Source: Candidatus Nomurabacteria bacterium (GTDB lineage Bacteria; Patescibacteriota; Minisyncoccia; Phycocordibacterales; UBA918). Taken from it: 64,000 nucleotides of DNA. Shown here one piece after another: positions 9,473 through 18,800 of this stretch (the first letter of the stretch is position 1; each line of letters starts with the position of its first letter). Location of the stretch: contig JACKGH010000001.1 in the NCBI GenBank assembly GCA_020632075.1, positions 195,216 through 259,215 on the forward strand, given 5' to 3'. The position numbers and the translations under genes were made by a program. The notes under the pieces are model-generated. The model was not told the origin of the DNA. It ran no database searches and saw only the letters and a program-made list of their open reading frames with translations.

Positions 9473-10570
9473 TTGCCATTGCTATACTTAAGGTACATGA
9501 AGAGAATGTCGGGACGTTTTAGCTGGTTATACTTCAGTTTACTTTTCCTTGCTGCGCCAAGTGTGTCCAGCGCCGCTTCACTATACATTGATCCTGCCAC
9601 TAGCGAACTCAATCGTGGGGACTCCGTCACCATGGCAGTGCGAGTCGATACTGACGAAAATGCTCGTGAGTGCGTCAATGCAGTTGATGCAGTCATCTCA
9701 TATTCTCAATCGATCGAACCAATTGATGTTTCGGTCGGTGACTCGATCTTTAGCATGTGGGTTGAAAGTCCAACCATCAACAGAGAGAGCCGCACCATCA
9801 CTTTTGCAGGCGGAATTCCAAATGGATACTGTGGTCGTGTTGTTGGAGACCCTCGCTTGACCAACGTTCTTGCTGAGATCGTATTTCGTTCTCCTGGTGT
9901 GCTTGTTGGTGGTGGTGATGTTGACCGCACAAAGGCAGAGGTGTTTTTTGAGGATGCTACGACTGCGTATCTAAACGATGGGTTTGGTACAAAGGCATCC
10001 CTTACTACTTATGGTGCAAAAATAGCTTTGAACGATCGTCTTGGCACTGAGCTCAAGAATGATTGGCGCACAGAGGTCGCTGCTGACAATATCCCTCCTG
10101 AGCCATTCACGATTGAATTGGTCACACCTGGTTCTGAGTCTCGAGGACAGTACTACATTGTATTCAACACAACTGACAAGCAGACAGGTATTGACCAGTA
10201 CCAGGTCATGGAAGAGCCGATCTCACAATTCAGATCCTTCCGTTGGGGCGCCTCTGATGCACCGTGGATTGAAGCACGTAGTCCATATGTACTTCAAGAC
10301 CAAAATCTCAATAGCATCATTCGCGTGAAAGCGATTGATAAGGCTGGTAATGAATACGTCGCTCATTTTATACCTGAAGACTCACTGCGAACGCTTTCTC
10401 AAGCGTCGATGATCATGGTTCTATTCATTATTCTCATCGTACTGCTTGTCCTAGCGATAGTGATCACTTTAATTCGTTACATAAAACGAAAACACCAGCA
10501 GCGCAAAGATTCTCTTCCAGAAGAGAACGAGGGTGATGCAGAAGAAGTAATCGAAACTGAACATGACTAA
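9473..10570 (+). CDS. Membrane-anchored surface protein with N-terminal cohesin-like domain (probable true start ATG ~9497, MKRMSGRF...)
   Basis: Signal peptide, then a cohesin-like beta-sandwich pattern (SLYIDPATSELNRGDSVTMAVRVDTD...SIFSMWVESPT...ITFAGGIPNGYCG). C-terminal TM followed by RYIKRKHQQRK tail. Paralogous to the N-terminal domains of the CDSs at 10563 and 13024. Confidence 0.6.
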   Translation: MPLLYLRYMKRMSGRFSWLYFSLLFLAAPSVSSAASLYIDPATSELNRGDSVTMAVRVDTDENARECVNAVDAVISYSQSIEPIDVSVGDSIFSMWVESPTINRESRTITFAGGIPNGYCGRVVGDPRLTNVLAEIVFRSPGVLVGGGDVDRTKAEVFFEDATTAYLNDGFGTKASLTTYGAKIALNDRLGTELKNDWRTEVAADNIPPEPFTIELVTPGSESRGQYYIVFNTTDKQTGIDQYQVMEEPISQFRSFRWGASDAPWIEARSPYVLQDQNLNSIIRVKAIDKAGNEYVAHFIPEDSLRTLSQASMIMVLFIILIVLLVLAIVITLIRYIKRKHQQRKDSLPEENEGDAEEVIETEHD

Positions 10571-12323
10571 GTATCACTGTACAATGCAGCATGTTGGCAA
10601 GTATCTCGTCGCACTGGCAGTGTCGTTAGTGCTTCATGCTGTATTTGTAGCGGTTGCTGACGCTGCAACTCTCTCACTCTCACCAGCGACTGGTGTCTAT
10701 GCGTCAGGCAACACGTTTACGGCGCGGGTAGTAGTGCAACCGCAAGGGAAGTCAGTCAATGCGGCAGAAGGGACTCTGGCCTTTAATCCAAACGAACTTG
10801 CAGTTGTCTCTGTGAATCGAACTGGCTCCATATTCAATCTTTGGGTCACTGAGCCTACTTTTTCAAACAGTGCTGGAACGATCTCCTTCAGCGGTGGTGT
10901 GCCATCAGGGTATAGTGGCAATTCAGGTACGGTGATGAACATCATATTTCGTGCAGTGGGTGCTGGTACAGCAAAAGTAAATTTCAAGAACGGTTCAGTG
11001 CTAGCCAATGACGGACGCGGGACGAATATTCTCACTTCCATGGGCGGTGGAACATACACCATTCAAGCAAAGAGTGAGGCTCCGATACCAGAAGTGATAG
11101 AGTATGTTGCTCCGGCAAACACTCCAGGTAAGCCAGTTATTTCATCGAAGACTCATCCTGACCCTGATGGCTGGTACGCAAACAATAAAGCTGAGCTGAC
11201 CTGGACACTGCCAAGTGGCATTACTGCGATCCGTACACTTCTCGACGATGTATCATCCAGTGTTCCCACAAAGGTCTATGACAATCCAGTTAGCTCAATT
11301 ACCTTGTCAGATCTTGATGAGGGAGTGCAGTACTTCCACTTACAATTCAAGAATGAAGATGGTTGGGGAGTGATCAATCACTACCGTTTGGCAGTTGATA
11401 CACGACCACCAACTTCGATCGTGATCAAACATCCAGAAGGAGCAAATCTTGCGAACCCGATCCAGACCCTAGTTGTAGAGGTGAAAGATGACCTCTCGCC
11501 TGTGAATCGTTTCATGATATCAGTAGACGGCGCTGACAAGTATGAGTACATCGACAAAACTGGCTCGAGCACCATTGAACTTCCTTCACTAGAACCGGGT
11601 CATCACACTATTGTTATAGAGGCATACGATGCAGCAGGCAACTTCATTGTCGGTACGCATGCCTTCATGCTTGAATCATTTGATCGACCGGAATTCACTG
11701 AGTATCCAACTGAGATCACTCCAGAGGTGATTCCAGTGATCAAGGGTCAGACACGTTCAAATGCCTCTGTGGAGGTTTCACTCAGCCGTGTTGGAAGTGA
11801 TGCGGTGCTGTATACCATATCAAGTGATGCGGCTGGTGAGTTTGTGTTCATACCAGAGGGCAGGTTTGAGACTGGTGTCTATGAGCTGACAGCAGTTGCT
11901 ACAGACGAGTTTGGCGCCAGGAGTGAAGTGTCTGATGCGATCAGGATCGCGGTGCAGCAGTCCGGATACCTTCGTATTGGTTCATTCTTAGTCAGTGTTC
12001 TTTCAGTGATCGTACCACTCATTGTACTGCTCTTTGCTCTCATTTTTGGTGTTTGGTATCTCTTCATGTATGCGCGGCGCTTCCGTCGTCGTGTGCGTGT
12101 TGAGTCGACTGAAGCAATGCAGATCCTTCGTCGCGAGTTTGGCGACCTGCAAATGACCTTACGTCAGCAAGAGTCAGCCCTGCAGCAGTCACGCAAGACC
12201 AAGAAGCTTACCAAGGCAGAGGCAGCAATGATCGAAGTGTTCGATAGGGCATTGCAGCAATCACAGATGAAGGTAGAGAAGGAGATCGAAGATGTTACAG
12301 ATTTAACCCGTAAACAAGAATAA
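10563..12323 (+). CDS. Membrane-anchored surface protein: cohesin-like N-terminal domain, Ig/Fn3-like repeats, C-terminal TM and cytoplasmic coiled-coil tail
   Basis: LSLSPATGVYASGNTFTARVVVQPQGKSVNAAEGTLAFNPNELAVVSV...ISFSGGVPSGYSG resembles type-I cohesin. The TM IGSFLVSVLSVIVPLIVLLFALIF is followed by an R-rich stop-transfer and a coiled coil. Confidence 0.6.
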   Translation: MTKYHCTMQHVGKYLVALAVSLVLHAVFVAVADAATLSLSPATGVYASGNTFTARVVVQPQGKSVNAAEGTLAFNPNELAVVSVNRTGSIFNLWVTEPTFSNSAGTISFSGGVPSGYSGNSGTVMNIIFRAVGAGTAKVNFKNGSVLANDGRGTNILTSMGGGTYTIQAKSEAPIPEVIEYVAPANTPGKPVISSKTHPDPDGWYANNKAELTWTLPSGITAIRTLLDDVSSSVPTKVYDNPVSSITLSDLDEGVQYFHLQFKNEDGWGVINHYRLAVDTRPPTSIVIKHPEGANLANPIQTLVVEVKDDLSPVNRFMISVDGADKYEYIDKTGSSTIELPSLEPGHHTIVIEAYDAAGNFIVGTHAFMLESFDRPEFTEYPTEITPEVIPVIKGQTRSNASVEVSLSRVGSDAVLYTISSDAAGEFVFIPEGRFETGVYELTAVATDEFGARSEVSDAIRIAVQQSGYLRIGSFLVSVLSVIVPLIVLLFALIFGVWYLFMYARRFRRRVRVESTEAMQILRREFGDLQMTLRQQESALQQSRKTKKLTKAEAAMIEVFDRALQQSQMKVEKEIEDVTDLTRKQE

Positions 12324-12327
12324 CCGT

Positions 12328-13014
12328 ATGCAAGAAAATCATAAGACAGGATGGATCACCAAGAAGAATATATTTGTAGCGCTCTTGGGAGCAGTACTGA
12401 CGTACATGCTCGTTACCTCAGTGGTAGATACTCGCATGCAGGCAGTTGAGCAAAACATCAGAGATCGACTTTCTGATCAAGAAGTACTGCTGGCTGCGAT
12501 CGCTGAGACAACCGCACGCAACGGTGCTGATGCGGTAACTGAGAGAGTGGTGCAGGACTGCTCACTTACTGAACGAAGTAGTTTTGACACTTTGCTTGGT
12601 CGTTTGGATAAAGGACTTTCATACAGTGAGCTCACTGAACTTGAACGGTTGTTTGGTCGGTGTGGTAGTTTCTACTCAGAACGAAAAGCAATGATGGTTT
12701 CTCGTCTGTCTCGCGAGACAGAGATCTATGAAAGTTACGTAGAGCAGCTAAGTACGGTCACTGGCGAAGATCATGCGGAAGAATTTCGTGTAGCTGAGTG
12801 GAAAGCCTTAGCTACAAATGAGCAAGAGCGCAGTGAGTTGCTTGCGTCTCTTGTTAACTTACAAGATCAGATCATTGCCACATTGCTCAATGGTGCTAGT
12901 GCAACATCGCCTGAAATGACACCAATCTTGTATGAGGTACGCGAAGCGCAAGACACCCTTATAGTTGTGACAAAGCAGATATCTGATCTCCGTACCAGCC
13001 TTGTTGCATTGTAG
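12328..13014 (+). CDS. Hypothetical N-terminally membrane-anchored protein
   Basis: One N-terminal TM. The soluble part is helical and coiled-coil-like. No recognisable family. Confidence 0.5.
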   Translation: MQENHKTGWITKKNIFVALLGAVLTYMLVTSVVDTRMQAVEQNIRDRLSDQEVLLAAIAETTARNGADAVTERVVQDCSLTERSSFDTLLGRLDKGLSYSELTELERLFGRCGSFYSERKAMMVSRLSRETEIYESYVEQLSTVTGEDHAEEFRVAEWKALATNEQERSELLASLVNLQDQIIATLLNGASATSPEMTPILYEVREAQDTLIVVTKQISDLRTSLVAL

Positions 13015-13023
13015 GTATGAATT

Positions 13024-13770
13024 ATGGATCGAATCTTTCAACTTCTAAAAAGAGCACTTACACTAAAGTCGAGAAGTCGGACAGTTCGTTTCATGTTTCC
13101 TGCAGTGATCTCGTTTGCAGCAGTGCTCGGCGCTGCTGTGATCACAGCTGATGACGTTTCGTATGTACGCCTTGAAAGCTCGTCTGCGACCGTTGAAGCA
13201 GGACAACCATTTTCAATTGCGGTGTATGCCTACGCACACGTTCCAGTAAATGCAGTCGATATCAAACTTAAGTTTGACGGCAATGCGGTCGAGGTTACTG
13301 GTGTCGATACAGGACAGTCTGTTATCACGATCTGGACAGAGGAACCTGTCATCGAAAAGAACAGCGTAACACTCCGTGGTGGTACGTATAGAAAGGGGTT
13401 TGTGTCTGAGCACTTGATCGCCACGATAAACCTGCGCTCACTGCAGACAGGACAAAAAAGTTTCTCTGTTTCCGATGTGGTACTGCTTGCTGGTGATGGA
13501 GCAGGTACTCCAGTAAGCATAGGTCAGACAACTGATTCATCAGTCAGCTTATTCGTCTACGATGAAAATACTAGTCCTGAGAGTATAGGTGTTAACGTCG
13601 AAGTTAGAATTCTTACCGACATTGACGGAAACGGAAAAGTTGACCTGCGAGATATTAGTGCCTTTATGTCCGCATGGCATGATAAAAAGGTGCTTTATGA
13701 CTTCAACGGCGATGGTAGAATGACGTTCAGAGATTTCTCGATCATTCTGGCTGATTTCTTCTTCAAATAG
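13024..13770 (+). CDS. Secreted protein combining an N-terminal cohesin-like domain with a C-terminal dockerin-like domain
   Basis: Cohesin-like VRLESSSATVEAGQPFSIAVYAYAHVPVNAVDIKLKFDGNAVEVTGVD...VITIWTEEPV. Dockerin pair DIDGNGKVDLRDISAFMSAW and DFNGDGRMTFRDFSIILADF. Confidence 0.65.
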   Translation: MDRIFQLLKRALTLKSRSRTVRFMFPAVISFAAVLGAAVITADDVSYVRLESSSATVEAGQPFSIAVYAYAHVPVNAVDIKLKFDGNAVEVTGVDTGQSVITIWTEEPVIEKNSVTLRGGTYRKGFVSEHLIATINLRSLQTGQKSFSVSDVVLLAGDGAGTPVSIGQTTDSSVSLFVYDENTSPESIGVNVEVRILTDIDGNGKVDLRDISAFMSAWHDKKVLYDFNGDGRMTFRDFSIILADFFFK

Positions 13771-13791
13771 GCCGCATATCTGTTGATAAGA

Positions 13792-13830
13792 ATACCAGCG
13801 TCTTACACGAGAGGCTGGTATTATTATAAT
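13792..13830 (+). terminator. Rho-independent terminator (ATACCAGC / GCTGGTAT, then TATTATTATAAT)
   Basis: Hairpin plus an AT/U-rich tract after the stop. Confidence 0.55.
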
Positions 13831-13853
13831 CAGCGAGGTTTTCTACCTGGCTG

Positions 13854-15818
13854 ATGTATAACGTAGAGCTTGAATTATGTGTAGAGCAAATGATTCAAGC
13901 GCCAAGACTGCTACCTAACGGTAAGCGACCAGTTTCGTACATATACGCTGTTGTTTTTAACAGTCGTTTTTCTGTGTTACTTGTTTTTATATTACTTGGA
14001 TCTTTCCTTCTACAACCAATTCATCAAGCATACGCGAATGAGGCAGCTGCAGAACAACAAGTTGAAGAGGTGGCGCCACAACTGCCAGCTGAGGTTGAAG
14101 AGCAACTTCCAGATGCAGGAGACCAAACCAGCGACGAGCCAGAAGTGCTCTCTGACTCTGCACCAAGCTCAGATACAAATGCTGAGAATAGTGACGGTAC
14201 CGACATAGTAATTGACGAAGCAACTGGAGAAGCTGAGGAGCAAGTGTCTACGAATGACACTACTGACGATGTTGCTGAAAGTGACACGGCGGAACCTGCT
14301 AACGTAGCCAAAAGTACTACGACAGACACTTCAACCCAAGATCCTATCGACACAGGAACGACGCCAACATCGACCAACACTGAAACAGAGATTGTTGACG
14401 ACCAGGCAAGCTCTACCGATGCTGAACAAACTGACACTAACGACCAAGGATCCACCTCGGGCGGGTCATCAGGAGGCAGCAGCAATACTGGAGGCACAAC
14501 AAATACAGCAAGCACCAGTACAGCGAGCTCAACTGAGACCACAACCGACAGCGCCAGTACTTCAACCGTGACAACAACGGCATCGAGCACTGATGATGGC
14601 ACGTCTGAGGAAGATCAAGCTAGTGATGAAATTCTGCCTGATACCACTGAAGATCCTTCAGAACCAGATGATCTTATCGACGCAGACACTATCGAGGATG
14701 GTGTTACTGGCCTTGTTGATAATGTAGTCAACGAAGTAGTGAATCTTACCCGACAGCTTGTGACGGAGGAAAACTACTACCAATTCAGTAAGCAGTCTTG
14801 TGTTGCTGTAGGTGATAGTACGTACCACTGTACAAGCAAGGAACAAACTGCGCTTGATCCTGATAGCGCGGTGTATGCAGAACAAGACGCTGACGGTGAT
14901 ATGGAGATCTACCTACGTACTTCAAAAGGTGACATCAAGCAGCTCACCGATAATGATTTTGATGATACATCACCAGATGTTGATCTCGCTACTATGCGCG
15001 TGGTATGGCAGCGTATCATTGATGGACGATACCAGATCATTTCGTACGACCTAGAGACACGTGAAGAAACTCAGCTGACATTCTCTCGCAACAACAGCAT
15101 GGAACCAAAAGTATCGAAGGAGGGCATTGTATGGCAAGCCTGGGATGGTACTGACTGGGAGATCATGTATTTTGACGGGAAATTCACTGATCAGATCACT
15201 CAGAATGACGGAATTCAGGATGTTACTCCAGTTATAGAAGATGGGTACATCCTATGGAGTGTACTTGGTGGTGAGAAGTCTGAGGCGAGAGTGTACTCAC
15301 TAGAAAGCGGCGAACGAATGACGATCTCTGGTCACGAAGGTGGTACGGTTGCAAATCCTCGCTTTGTGCTTGTGTACGACACTAAGTTTGAGAACGGTGA
15401 CGTGGTCACGGTTGGTTTCGACCCGGTAACTGGTTTGGCACAACCTGTCTCTGCCAAACCTGCAGAGTTGCCATTTGATATTCCAGAACCTGATCCAGTG
15501 GGGGAGATCCGTGCTTTGATCCAGAATAAGTCTACCCAGAAAGATAAAGACGTAGTGACCGTGCCAGTGGCTGACAATGATGTGGATCTTGACCTTGCAA
15601 GTAGCACGGCGACTTCTTCAGGAGCCCTTGTGATTGACACACAGCCGGACCTAGATCCAGATCTGGCAAGTACGACACTGCCAGAAATTCCAGAATTTGA
15701 ACTCACAGAGTATGACCTAGTGATCACCAAGAATGCAAGTTCAACTAACTCGATACTAAATACTGGATATGAGCTCGGCACCACTTCGATTAAGATCAGC
15801 ACTAGTACACAGGAATAA
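13854..15818 (+). CDS. Secreted protein: signal-anchor, ~230-aa highly acidic D/E/T/S-rich disordered region, PD40 (TolB-like) beta-propeller repeats
   Basis: Repeats of the type DGDMEIYLRTSKGDIKQLTDNDFDDTSPDV, GRYQIISYDLETREETQLTF and DWEIMYFDGKFTDQITQNDGIQDVTPVI match WD40-like/PD40 blades. Confidence 0.6.
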   Translation: MYNVELELCVEQMIQAPRLLPNGKRPVSYIYAVVFNSRFSVLLVFILLGSFLLQPIHQAYANEAAAEQQVEEVAPQLPAEVEEQLPDAGDQTSDEPEVLSDSAPSSDTNAENSDGTDIVIDEATGEAEEQVSTNDTTDDVAESDTAEPANVAKSTTTDTSTQDPIDTGTTPTSTNTETEIVDDQASSTDAEQTDTNDQGSTSGGSSGGSSNTGGTTNTASTSTASSTETTTDSASTSTVTTTASSTDDGTSEEDQASDEILPDTTEDPSEPDDLIDADTIEDGVTGLVDNVVNEVVNLTRQLVTEENYYQFSKQSCVAVGDSTYHCTSKEQTALDPDSAVYAEQDADGDMEIYLRTSKGDIKQLTDNDFDDTSPDVDLATMRVVWQRIIDGRYQIISYDLETREETQLTFSRNNSMEPKVSKEGIVWQAWDGTDWEIMYFDGKFTDQITQNDGIQDVTPVIEDGYILWSVLGGEKSEARVYSLESGERMTISGHEGGTVANPRFVLVYDTKFENGDVVTVGFDPVTGLAQPVSAKPAELPFDIPEPDPVGEIRALIQNKSTQKDKDVVTVPVADNDVDLDLASSTATSSGALVIDTQPDLDPDLASTTLPEIPEFELTEYDLVITKNASSTNSILNTGYELGTTSIKISTSTQE

Positions 15819-15854
15819 CCTAGTAATGACTGTCTCATAAAGTAAAATATACTT

Positions 15855-18800
15855 ATGCTTCAGTGGGAAACCTTGAGGGTTTATTTTGTGAACCAAAAAA
15901 GTAGATTTGGTCTGTATAGAAGAGCGGCCTCTTTTCTTTTAGTACTGCTCGTGTTTTTTTCTAATGTTACTAGCCCGCTTCTTCAGCTGCTACCGGGCAT
16001 TATCCGTGACCATGCGCCGATTGGACCCAGCACCGCATTTGCAGCTACAGGAGACTTCGCCACTTTCCGCGAAAGTACCGCTGGTGACACAATTTCACAA
16101 GGCGGACCCCCAGTTGCTATCAAATGGGATACTACGATTAGCTCTAATGCTAACCTTGGTCTACAAGCGAATACTTCGGATATAGATCTAGCAGATGGTG
16201 GCAAATACTTTGTTACCTACAGTGCATGGGCTTATGAAGGCACCGCTGGTGGTACTAATCGACGTACAGTAGATACATATCTTACACTCAATAACGTTCC
16301 GCTTGCATACGGTCGCGGTTCTGGCTACATCCGGGACAATGAGGGTGATACAAGCGCGTATGCGAACGGAGGCGCTATTATTAGTGCTGCTGCCGGAGAT
16401 GACCTCGAAGCCTACATTAAGCGAAATGATGGTAATGCAACCGCTGGCACTCAGTTGCAACCTGGTGTAAATGGCATATCGGTGCTTAAACTTCCTGAAT
16501 CTGCTGATTATTTGCGTGCGCGAATTGCAGCCACGAGCTCAAGTATCAGTGCTAACACCAGCTTTACCGATGTCGTGTGGGATACTGCTGATGAGGTCGA
16601 TACAGGCTCATTTGCTTTTACGCCGTCGTCTGGAAACATCACTATGAAAGGTGCAGCAGGTACTAACTTTATGATCACTGCTAATGTTGGTCTCTACGTA
16701 TCGGGCGGAGGAACCACTCGTCAAAATTATGAAATGCGACTGACACTTGACGGAGTTGAAGTGCCTGGTAGTCGCGTGACCACATACCTGCGCGGTTCAG
16801 ACAATACCTGGTATGGGACGCTCGCATACATGGGAATCATCAGCAAGACTTCAGCCTCGGATCAGACCCTCAATATTGAGATCAGGCGTGAATCCACTGG
16901 TGGCGCGACCACAGTGATACAGGGCGACAAAGCAGGTCTTGCGATCATGGCCTTGCCAGACATTGCTGAAGTGGTACGTCTTACTGATAACTCGGGTACT
17001 CAACAGCCAGCCCTAACTTCAAAGCCTCTTTATTTTGACACGAATGATGAGGTTGATGCTTCGGCTTTTGGACACAGCACTTCAGCCAACCAAGACAGAG
17101 TTACTATAAGTGCTGCTGGAGACTATCTTTTCTTTGCAACTGCCTACTCAACTACATCAAATTCTGATAATAATCGAGAACCTTTCAGAATAGACTGGAA
17201 TAAAACAGGCTCGCAGCAAAATTACGGTGGTTTTGGGGCGTTTAACCGCAGCAACAGTACCTTTAGTGGCGGTGCTTCTGGTGCCATATTGCTGAATGGA
17301 CTTGGTACGTCTGACTACGTACACCTCAAATATATAGATGAGACAACAAGTGCACCAGAAAACGGTACTTTTAATGCTGGGAGGGTAGCGCTCCAAGGTA
17401 TCGCACTCAATGATAACTTTTTTGGTCTAGACGTTGAGGTTAGCGCTAGCGGGACACAGACATCAGCTGTCGACATCCCAACCAGCAATACCTACGTCGG
17501 TGGACAATTTGTAGTCACGGAAAATTCTGGATCACGCAATGTCACGAATGTCACTATCACTGAGTCAGGTACCGTTGATGGGGCAAATGGTCTTGATAAC
17601 ATCAAACTGTACTATGACCTCGATACTTCGAGTCCGTATGACTGTGCTAGTGAATCCTACGGCGGAGGAGAGTCGCAGTTTGGTAGTACTGATACAAACG
17701 GCTTCTCGGGCGCAGACGGCAGTTCTAGCTTTTCTGATTCTGTAGCGATTACAACCACTAAAGCACTGTGTCTCTATCCTGTCATGGACATTGTTGCTGC
17801 CGCAACTGATGGTGATACTATAGAACTCTCAATCGATAATCCTACTACTGATGTAGTAGTAACTGGTGGTGCCTCAATCGGCCCCGCAACAACACAGGCG
17901 ATTAGTGGAGCGACGACTCTCCGGAGTGCTGATCTGACGCAGACACACTACCACTGGCGTAACGATGATGGCGACGAGACAGATACAGTTGCAAATGCCA
18001 CACCGACAGTCAAGAACACCACTTCAAGCGGTTTTGGCGCCAGTACTGCTGGTAATGACCCTGTGCTCACTGTTCCGGCAAACGCTGTAGAGGGTGATTA
18101 TATGGTTGTTATTTTTACCACCGATGATAACAACCCAACACAAACCCCGACACCCCCGAGTAGTGAAACCTGGACACTCCAAGAGTCTGGATTGATGCCA
18201 GTTGACGGTACAGCTGCCGTCTCACCTCCGGCCGCTTGGATCTATACGAAGTTTGTTTCAGCTGATGATGAGGCCAATGCGGGGACCAAGACCTATACCT
18301 GGCAAGACAGTGCTGGCAGCGAGGAACAGGCTGCGCAACTGATTTTGCTCAATAATGTGAAAGGCTGGGGTGAATTTAACACTAATCTACTCACTGGTAA
18401 TCAAACCAGCATCAATGCTCCAAGCGTGACCACCACTGAAACAAATGAGATCGTATTTCACGCTGCATTTAAAGATAACAATGCGACTTTTACAGCACTT
18501 CCGACAGGTTCTACAGTCGTGAACAGCGGTTGGGGTCCAGCTAGTGACGCTGGTGCAGCACTTGGAATCGTATATGCAGTATACCCAACAGTAGGAGCAA
18601 CCGGCGCTAAGACATTTAGTTTAGCTAGCAATGAAGCAAATGGTTTCACTTTTTCATTGCAGCCGACCAATGCAGGGGGAGCAACGTCCATCGAAGGTGC
18701 AGAGGACACTCCAGCTATTGGATTCGCTAACGGCACAGTGAGAAGGCTCCGCTTTGAGGTTTCTGCCGAAGGATCCACGTCATCACTTCCAACCGTGTTT

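Noticed and set aside
14024-14602. 192-aa minus-strand ORF rich in Ser/Val/Ala.
   Set aside because: It is antisense to the hyper-acidic low-complexity region of the 13854 gene. It is the mirror-image low-complexity translation artefact of GAx/ACx codon repeats.
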